DNA of 42,811 bases from positions 1 through 42,811 of IMG/VR virus record IMGVR_UViG_3300012943_000042; one strand, 5' to 3'. The stretch's first letter is position 1. Each line of letters starts with the position of its first letter. This document shows positions 36,502-42,811 of this stretch, in pieces. The translations under genes and the position numbers were made by a program. Source of the stretch: a virus (Duplodnaviria; Caudoviricetes). Below the pieces are notes generated by a model, which made no database searches, was not told the DNA's origin, and saw nothing but the letters and a program-made list of their open reading frames with translations.

Positions 36502-36773
36502 AAAATTTTTGTGCACATAAGTGTCATGAATCCGAGACGCTGTGGCCAAAAAAGTGGGCAATGGCCATTTTTGAAATTTCAGTTTTGGCCACGAAAATCA
36601 TAGAGTTTGATATAGTTTGATGTTTTAGGTATGCCGGAATGTCCGATATTTCCTTATTTTAGACCCCTCTGTGGCCAAAACTGAAAAAAATACAAGAAAA
36701 ACTTTATTTTAAGAAAAACAAGGGTTTTCAAAAAGTTTACGAATCATACAAAAAAAGTGGGCTTTTGGCCACG
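36466..36773. repeat. AT-rich iteron/inverted-repeat region, candidate replication origin
   Basis: GTGGCCAAAA x5 in both orientations, AAAAGTGGGC x3, perfect 23-bp inverted repeat 36466-36488/36573-36595. Confidence 0.65.
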
Positions 36774-36797
36774 ACCCTGAATTTTCTCTCTTTGTGC

Positions 36798-36822
36798 ACG
36801 CGGGAAATACACGTGTTATAAT
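36798..36822 (+). promoter_or_regulatory. Promoter-like motif, variant copy 6
   Basis: ACGCG-GGAAATACACGTGT-TATAAT; same N14 spacing and ACAC core. Confidence 0.6.
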
Positions 36823-36876
36823 AGAAGGAGTAGGATATGATGATAGAAACATGCACTACTATTTTTGTGAGCCATC

Positions 36877-37170
36877 ATGGATCTCGAGAGTAAGTTTAAG
36901 ATCAAACTCAAGAAGGAGATAAAACTGAGGCTTCCAGGTTGCATCATTGTTAACCTTGATCCCTCCATCTCCCAAGGAGTTCCAGATCACCTTATTCTTT
37001 TCAACGATCGATGGGCAGCCCTTGAGGTTAAGCGCTCTTCCCGCGCTGCAAGACAACCCAATCAAGAATACTATGTCGAACTGATGAACGACTGGTCATT
37101 CGCTGCTTTCATTTATCCCGAGAACATGGAAGAAGTCCTAGATGCGCTTCAACGATCATTCGAAACTTGA
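36877..37170 (+). CDS. VRR-NUC / Holliday-junction-resolvase-like nuclease
   Basis: ES.F...GVPD...LEVKR...PNQ PD-(D/E)xK pattern. Confidence 0.78.
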   Translation: MDLESKFKIKLKKEIKLRLPGCIIVNLDPSISQGVPDHLILFNDRWAALEVKRSSRAARQPNQEYYVELMNDWSFAAFIYPENMEEVLDALQRSFET

Positions 37171-37702
37171 GGGACAACACGCTCTCCTCAGTGCAAGCAA
37201 GTATCACTGGATCCGCTATGATGATGAGAAGTTCGATCGTACTTACAGGACTGCACTAGCTGCATCACGTGGTACACAACTTCATGAACTAGCTGCTCAG
37301 CTCATTCGTCTTAAGGTGAAGCTGGGTAGGTCTCGCACAACTTTGAACATGTATGTGAATGATGCGATTGGCTACCGCCTTACACCAGAGGTAATCCTCT
37401 TCTATTCATACAACGCGTTCGGTACAGCAGACGCAGTCGGATTCAAGAACAACAAACTTCGTATTCATGATCTTAAGACTGGAGAGTCTAAGACGTCGAT
37501 GGATCAACTGATGATCTACTCGGCTTTCTTTTGTCTTGAGTATGAGTTTGACCCTCGTCAAATCGAGATCGAGCTTCGAATTTATCAGCATGATGACTTT
37601 GAGGTATTGATCCCTGACCCCGATTTCATTTTTGAGCTCATGCAGAAGATCAAATTCTATGACAACAGGATCGACGCTCTTAGACTGGAGGTAGAGTCAT
37701 GA
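37142..37702 (+). CDS. Cas4/RecB-like PD-(D/E)xK exonuclease (DUF2800-like)
   Basis: HALLSAS...RGTQLH...FGTADA...IHDLKTG...QLMIY. Confidence 0.75.
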   Translation: MRFNDHSKLEGQHALLSASKYHWIRYDDEKFDRTYRTALAASRGTQLHELAAQLIRLKVKLGRSRTTLNMYVNDAIGYRLTPEVILFYSYNAFGTADAVGFKNNKLRIHDLKTGESKTSMDQLMIYSAFFCLEYEFDPRQIEIELRIYQHDDFEVLIPDPDFIFELMQKIKFYDNRIDALRLEVES

Positions 37703-40356
37703 TAGACGACGAGCTCCTCCACTACGGTACTAAGCGACACTCGGGTCGATATCCTTGGGGTAGTGGTGGTCACTCGCAACAAAGAGACTGGGATTTCCTA
37801 ACATCTGTTAAGGATCTACGAGACAAAGGTCTTTCTGAGAAAGAGATAGCCACAGGTATGGGTATTTCAGTTCGACAACTGAGAGCCAAGGTTACGCTAT
37901 CAAACAATGAAGTTCGTAAAGCTGATGCCATGCAAGCTTTGAAGCTTAAGGCTACAGGTATGTCGAACACTGCAATTGGTAAGGAGATGGGTGTTGGAGA
38001 GTCTCAGGTTCGAGCTCTTTTGAATCCCCATATTATCGAGCGAAACAGCATTGCTCAGAAGACAGCGGATGTTCTGAAGAGTTACGTCAACAAAGATCAG
38101 TATCTCGACATTGGTAGTGGCACTGAGGCTCACCTAGGTATTTCTCAGGAGAAGCTTCGTGCTGCTGTTTCTCTTCTACAAGAAGAAGGCTACAAGGTTC
38201 ACTACATCAAGAACCCACAGATTGGAACAGGCAAGGATACTTCTATGAAGATTCTTGGTGATCCTGATTCAACTTTCTCTGATGTGAACCGTGGTCGAGA
38301 GAAGATTGCTACAGTAGCCAAGTATTCTGAAGATGGTGGGCGTTCCTTTAGAGGAATTGAGCCGCCTCAGCACATCAATTCAAGTAGACTTCTTGTGAGG
38401 TATGCGGAAGATGGTGGAGCTGATCGAGATGGTGTTATTGAGCTTCGTAGAGGAGTCGATGACATTTCTCTTGGTTCTTCGAGGTATGCTCAGGTTCGAA
38501 TCGGAGTGGATGGAACTCATTACCTTAAAGGTATGGCCATGTACAACGATAAGATCCCACCTGGCTACGACATGGTCTTCAACACAAACAAATCTAAGGG
38601 AGCCAACAAACTTGACGCTTTGAAGGCAATCAAGGATGATCCTGACCTACCTTTCGGTTCGATTGTTCGTCAGAAGCACTACTTGGACAAAGATGGTAAT
38701 GAGAAGCTTTCGGCTCTTAACATCGTCGGTTCTAAGGATACTTCTGGTGAAGAAGGTGGTTGGGGTCAGTGGAAGACTAATCTTTCTTCGCAGATGCTTT
38801 CAAAACAATCCCCCGCCCTTGCAAAACGGCAGTTGGATTTGGCGTTTGACACTAAGAAAGCTGAGTTTGATGAGATTAATTCTTTGACAAACCCCACTGT
38901 CAAGAAGTATCTTATGGAGAAGTTTGCTGATTCAGCAGACACATCCTCTGTACATCTTAAGGCAGCCGCTCTTCCTAGGACTACGAATAGTGTTCTTCTA
39001 CCTATCAACAGTCTTAAAGACAACGAGATCTTTGCACCACAGTACAACAATGGTGATAGGGTCGTTCTCATTCGCCACCCACATGGTGGAATCTTTGAGA
39101 TCCCAGAATTGGTAGTAAACAACCGCAACAAAGAAGCAAATAGCGTAATCCGTAATGCTAAAGATGCAGTTGGTATCAATTCTAAGGTAGCAAAGCGGCT
39201 TTCTGGTGCAGACTTCGATGGTGACACAGCTCTTGTGATTCTCAATCGTGAAGGACCGAACAAAGTTAAGACGTCGCAGCCTCTTGCTGCACTGAAAGAC
39301 TTCGATCCTCAGCAATACAAGGTTGCAGGCGACAAGCCAACAATCTCTGCAAAGACTAAGCAGCATGAAATGGGTAATGTTTCGAATCTAATTACGGACA
39401 TGACCATACAAGGTGCAAGCTTTGGTGAAGTTGCCATGGCAGTTAAGCATTCCATGGTAGTAATCGATGCAGAAAAACACAACCTTGATTGGAAGCAGTC
39501 TGCAAAAGACAACAACATCGCGGCTCTTAAGGAGAAGTACCAAGGTGGCGCCAACAAGGGTGCTGCTACACTAATCTCTAGAGCAAAGTCCAACATTCGT
39601 GTCGATGCTTTTAAGGAAAGACCCGCCTCTCAGGGAGGAAAGGTAGATCCAGCCACTGGCAAGAAGGTCTTTGTTAAGACTGGAGAAACCTATGTAGACA
39701 AGTCTGGTAAGGTAGTTCCTAAGAAGACCAAGTCTACGAAGATGGCTGAAGTTGATGATGCTTTTGAGCTTTCTAGTGGTACACCCATGGAAGCAGTGTA
39801 TGCTAACCATGCCAACAAACTTAAGGCATTGGCCAACACTGCTAGAAAGACGGCTCTTGAGACAGACAATTCTGTATCATCACCCTCTGCAAAGAAGGCC
39901 TATTCTAAAGAGGTGTCCTCTTTGAACGCCAAACTTAATCTGGCGCTTAAGAATGCACCACTTGAAAGAAAGGCCCAGCTCATTGCAAACGCCACCGTCT
40001 CCCAAAAGAGGCAAGCTAATCCTGACATGGACAAAGATGAGTTGAAGAAGGTCAAGAACCTTGCTCTATCTGAGGCTCGTTCTAGGGTAGGTGCTAAAAA
40101 GACCGACATAGTCATCTCTACCAGAGAGTGGGATGCTATACAGGCAGGTGCACTCAGTGCTAGTAAGATTAATAGCATACTGAAGAACACTGACCTAGAC
40201 CATGTAAAGAAGCTCGCTACACCAAGAGACAAGCCTGTAATGACTAAGGCTGTCACAGCTCGTGCCAAGATGCTGCTATCACAGGGCTATACACAGGCAG
40301 AGGTAGCTTCTGTACTAGGCATTCCAGCAAGCACCATCAACAGTGCACTAGATTGA
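37699..40356 (+). CDS. Putative single-chain two-barrel RNA polymerase with terminal HTH domains
   Basis: RHPH (39073) and GADFDGD (39205-39225); HTH-like segments near both termini; N-terminal LLHYG tag. Confidence 0.7.
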   Translation: MIDDELLHYGTKRHSGRYPWGSGGHSQQRDWDFLTSVKDLRDKGLSEKEIATGMGISVRQLRAKVTLSNNEVRKADAMQALKLKATGMSNTAIGKEMGVGESQVRALLNPHIIERNSIAQKTADVLKSYVNKDQYLDIGSGTEAHLGISQEKLRAAVSLLQEEGYKVHYIKNPQIGTGKDTSMKILGDPDSTFSDVNRGREKIATVAKYSEDGGRSFRGIEPPQHINSSRLLVRYAEDGGADRDGVIELRRGVDDISLGSSRYAQVRIGVDGTHYLKGMAMYNDKIPPGYDMVFNTNKSKGANKLDALKAIKDDPDLPFGSIVRQKHYLDKDGNEKLSALNIVGSKDTSGEEGGWGQWKTNLSSQMLSKQSPALAKRQLDLAFDTKKAEFDEINSLTNPTVKKYLMEKFADSADTSSVHLKAAALPRTTNSVLLPINSLKDNEIFAPQYNNGDRVVLIRHPHGGIFEIPELVVNNRNKEANSVIRNAKDAVGINSKVAKRLSGADFDGDTALVILNREGPNKVKTSQPLAALKDFDPQQYKVAGDKPTISAKTKQHEMGNVSNLITDMTIQGASFGEVAMAVKHSMVVIDAEKHNLDWKQSAKDNNIAALKEKYQGGANKGAATLISRAKSNIRVDAFKERPASQGGKVDPATGKKVFVKTGETYVDKSGKVVPKKTKSTKMAEVDDAFELSSGTPMEAVYANHANKLKALANTARKTALETDNSVSSPSAKKAYSKEVSSLNAKLNLALKNAPLERKAQLIANATVSQKRQANPDMDKDELKKVKNLALSEARSRVGAKKTDIVISTREWDAIQAGALSASKINSILKNTDLDHVKKLATPRDKPVMTKAVTARAKMLLSQGYTQAEVASVLGIPASTINSALD

Positions 40357-40366
40357 AGGGATTGAC

Positions 40367-40615
40367 ATGGCTGATGATACAGTAGATCACATGCTGAGCA
40401 CAGTTGACAATCCATTCAATCCATTCACACAATGGGATGATTGGTATCAGTTTGACACCTCACATGATTACAACACCAGTGCCTTCCTGGCAAGGGTGAC
40501 AAGAACATCAAACGAACTCAGTGATGCTGACCAAGATCTTGCTATCGAGCAAGCAATCGATGAGATTGTTCGTGAGAATACACTTGGTATCTATGTCAAA
40601 GTTTCGAAACCTTAA
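40367..40615 (+). CDS. Small acidic hypothetical protein downstream of the putative RNAP
   Basis: 82 aa; LSTVDNPFNPFTQWDDWY. Confidence 0.7.
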   Translation: MADDTVDHMLSTVDNPFNPFTQWDDWYQFDTSHDYNTSAFLARVTRTSNELSDADQDLAIEQAIDEIVRENTLGIYVKVSKP

Positions 40616-40773
40616 GAGTCTCGAGACAAACTTGACATAGGGGGGAGGGGTCTCGCAAATCTGACCCCCCTCCTGCATCGCCCGCCTCTCAAAAAAAGCC
40701 CCGGGGGAGTCCCCAGGAGAGACAGAAGTCAATCTGAGGCGGTATGAAGTCAACTTAAGAAAGGAGTAACGGC

Positions 40774-40992
40774 ATGGATGATGCTGAGAACTCAGAGTCG
40801 GAAGTTGAAGTTGGTAGCCAAGGAGAGTACTTCGACGCCTCGGCGGTGGAAGAGGACGATCTTGAAGACGACTTCGATGAGACGGCCTTCATTGATGACT
40901 CGATCGTAGTCACTGATGAGCCGATGGCGAGCGACAACATCTCGACCGACACCAACCCGACTGAGATCCAGGATGACGAGGTGGGTAGCTGA
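40774..40992 (+). CDS. Extremely acidic 72 aa protein
   Basis: SD GAAAGGAG; no Lys/Arg, many Asp/Glu; stop overlaps the next start. Confidence 0.6.
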   Translation: MDDAENSESEVEVGSQGEYFDASAVEEDDLEDDFDETAFIDDSIVVTDEPMASDNISTDTNPTEIQDDEVGS

Positions 40993-41708
40993 TGGCTTAT
41001 TCTCTCGGAAGTACTCTCAAGAAGAAACTTCTGCTCAAGGTTGGCACCTACGCTCAGCCTAGCATGTGCTTGAAGGAGTCTCGACTCGTTGCAGGCATTC
41101 CCGCGAAGTATCCAAGTGCAATCTCGGCTTGGAACAACGCTGCTAGGCGTAACCCAGGAGCAAAGCCTCCTGCGGGAGCTGTCGTGCCGGTGTTCTTCAA
41201 CACTCCTTCGCCCTACGAGCACGTTGCATGGGCGCTTGGTGATGGTCGAGTAGTTACAATCAACGGATCTCGTTGGTCTGTATACTCCTCGATCGAAGCC
41301 ATGTGCAAGGCGTGGAAGTGCACCTACATCGGCTACACGGAGGACCTCAATGGGGTGCGTGTCTACACGCCTCCGCCTCCCAAGCCGAAGTACACCAGCT
41401 GCACAGGTCTTCAGGGAGCTCTTCGCGCGTCCAAGGATAACGTTTGGGGGCCAGACTCGACGAAGCGTCTCAACGCGGTTCGATCTGCTTCCAAGTGGAA
41501 GGGTGAGAAGTTTCCGTTCGGAGTCAAGTACACACAAGGTGTCTGTGGCGTCGACAAGGATGGTTCGTGGAAGACCCTCTCGAGGGCTGGACACGATGCA
41601 ACCGTTAAGGCGATCCAGAAGGCTCTCGGTCGAAAGCAGACCGGAGTGTACGACGCAGAACTCGACAACGCAGTGAAGAAGTACCTGTCTACGGCCCACA
41701 AGGTTTGA
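40992..41708 (+). CDS. Putative endolysin (CHAP/NlpC-like peptidase plus cell-wall-binding domain)
   Basis: MCL...SAISAW...PPAGAVVPVFF...HVAWALGDGRV, Pro linker, C-terminal LQ.AL...D.VWGP and IQKALG...TGV peptidoglycan-binding-like repeats. Confidence 0.65.
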   Translation: MAYSLGSTLKKKLLLKVGTYAQPSMCLKESRLVAGIPAKYPSAISAWNNAARRNPGAKPPAGAVVPVFFNTPSPYEHVAWALGDGRVVTINGSRWSVYSSIEAMCKAWKCTYIGYTEDLNGVRVYTPPPPKPKYTSCTGLQGALRASKDNVWGPDSTKRLNAVRSASKWKGEKFPFGVKYTQGVCGVDKDGSWKTLSRAGHDATVKAIQKALGRKQTGVYDAELDNAVKKYLSTAHKV

Positions 41709-41719
41709 CAGGGGGTTAG

Positions 41720-41854
41720 AGCTTGGCTGGGCCTCGTCATGGTGGCATCAGTCTTAAAAAAACGGGCCCTCATCATCCCGACTCCTTTCAAGAAGCGCGA
41801 ATCGCCACGACTTGCGCTCAGATTGGTGCCACCTTGAAGAGGCCCAGCCAAGCT
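41720..41854 (+). ncRNA. Candidate structured RNA: 35-bp stem closing a multi-branched loop
   Basis: 41720-41754 complementary to 41820-41854 (2 GU pairs, 2 mismatches); fills the intergenic gap. Confidence 0.55.
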
Positions 41855-41880
41855 TAGCCATACCTAGGAGGTGATGATCA

Positions 41881-42222
41881 ATGGCGGCACCAGTTAAGAA
41901 GTCTGGAACCGACCGACCTCGACGGCCGCCTGCGAAAACACCTGAAGCTCGAGAGAAGCAAATGATCTCAGCAGCGACTGATCTAGCTGAGAAGCAGATC
42001 CTAGCAGGTACGGCTTCGTCGCAAGTAATTACCCACTTTCTTAAGCTTGGTTCTCCTCGGGAGGAGCTTGAGAGGGAGAAGCTTCGTTCGGAGAACATCC
42101 TACTCAAGGCTCGAGCAGAGCAACTGGCTTCTGAGGCTCGAATCGAAGAGCTTATCAGTGGGGCCATCGCGGCTATGCGAGGCTATCAAGGCCTTGACGT
42201 AGATGATGACGATGAGGACTAG
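41881..42222 (+). CDS. Putative terminase small subunit
   Basis: 113 aa helical protein before HNH and terL on the circle; SD AGGAGGT; call rests on synteny. Confidence 0.45.
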   Translation: MAAPVKKSGTDRPRRPPAKTPEAREKQMISAATDLAEKQILAGTASSQVITHFLKLGSPREELEREKLRSENILLKARAEQLASEARIEELISGAIAAMRGYQGLDVDDDDED

Positions 42223-42622
42223 ATCTTACTCGGATCTTAAGCGCCTTCACTCTTTTGAAGAGCGGTTTGAATACCTTCAACTCCGTAGTCAAGTCGGTTC
42301 GGTGACTTTTGGTTTTGAACGTTATCTGAACCAAAGTTTCTACACTTCAAGAGAGTGGCGGAGGGTGCGAGACATTGTAATCACCCGAGATAACGGTTGT
42401 GACCTCGGAATTCCGGGCCGAGAGATTCACGACAGAGTCATAATCCACCATATGAATCCCATGGCGGCCGAAGACATTGAGGAACGCAATCAAGACATCC
42501 TCGATCCGAGTTTTCTTATAACAACATCTCACAGAACGCATAATGCTATCCACTTTGGGGACTCATCCTTGCTTTTAGAGGACTATAAGCCTCGCAGACG
42601 AGGCGACACTAACCTGTGGTAG
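42203..42622 (+). CDS. HNH endonuclease (packaging-associated, HK97 gp74-like)
   Basis: FYTSREWRRVRDIVITRDNGCD...IHHMNP...HRTHNAIH; start may be 42212. Confidence 0.8.
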   Translation: MMTMRTRSYSDLKRLHSFEERFEYLQLRSQVGSVTFGFERYLNQSFYTSREWRRVRDIVITRDNGCDLGIPGREIHDRVIIHHMNPMAAEDIEERNQDILDPSFLITTSHRTHNAIHFGDSSLLLEDYKPRRRGDTNLW

Positions 42623-42647
42623 CGTTTTTGTGTAGAAAGGAACACCT

Positions 42648-42811
42648 ATGCCAGAACCTGCTGAGCAGAGTATCCTGGATACCACCAAAAAGGCTCTTGG
42701 CATCGATTCTGACTACACAGTGTTCGATCCCGAGCTAATAATGCATATCAATTCTGTTTTTGCCGATCTTCACCAGCTTGCTGTGGGTCCAGAGGTGGCT
42801 TATGCCATCGA
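42648..42811 (+). CDS. 5' part of head-tail connector (adaptor) gene; continues across the join to 313
   Basis: SD GAAAGGAA then ATG 42648, MPEPAEQSILDTTKKALGIDSDYTVFDPELIMH, in frame with ORF 32..313 (117 aa total). Confidence 0.8.
   Translation, partial: MPEPAEQSILDTTKKALGIDSDYTVFDPELIMHINSVFADLHQLAVGPEVAYAI
42689..42811. repeat. Terminal direct repeat (right copy)
   Basis: Exact copy of 1-123. Confidence 0.95.

Noticed and set aside
37142-37702. Cas4-like gene as evidence of a CRISPR system
   Set aside because: Stand-alone Cas4/RecB-like nucleases are common in phage replication modules, and no array is present
40632-40660. TTGACA as a sigma-70 promoter, and TCGCA at 40653 as a seventh phage promoter
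   Set aside because: No -10-like hexamer at the required spacing for either
1-42811. Lysogeny module or alternative genetic code
   Set aside because: No integrase, repressor or parA seen; long genes are intact under the standard code with all three stop codons in use

Overview
The window is an apparently complete, circularly permuted genome of a lytic siphovirus. The unit length is 42,688 bp: bases 1-123 recur exactly at 42689-42811, and one gene spans the join. An actinobacterial host is inferred from the gene families, not shown. All credible genes are on the + strand, and no integrase or repressor is visible. Gene order: head-tail connector, terminase, portal, protease-scaffold-capsid fusion, head-tail joining genes, three tail-tube paralogs, tape measure, baseplate/fibre genes, holins (to 20.2 kb); an early region punctuated by promoter-microgene-hairpin cassettes (20.2-24 kb); a helicase-primase-PolB fusion, SSB, an Acb2/Tad1-like protein, a structured non-coding region ending in a tRNA-like element, HNH, SF2 helicase, an iteron-rich candidate origin, two nucleases, an 885-aa protein with the two-barrel RNA polymerase motif GADFDGD, a displaced endolysin, a TerS-like gene and a packaging HNH. 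Most notable: (1) the putative RNA polymerase shares an N-terminal acidic-L-x-H tag with three head-module proteins, and the same hydrophobic-x-H motif recurs six times in the protease-capsid linker, suggesting a His-directed capsid-targeting/cleavage system that packages the RNAP; (2) repeated TCGCA-N14-TATART / ATGATG-ORF / CCCCCTAAAAAGGG-hairpin cassettes; (3) several large structured RNA candidates. Product calls come from recognised motifs and synteny only; no searches were run.
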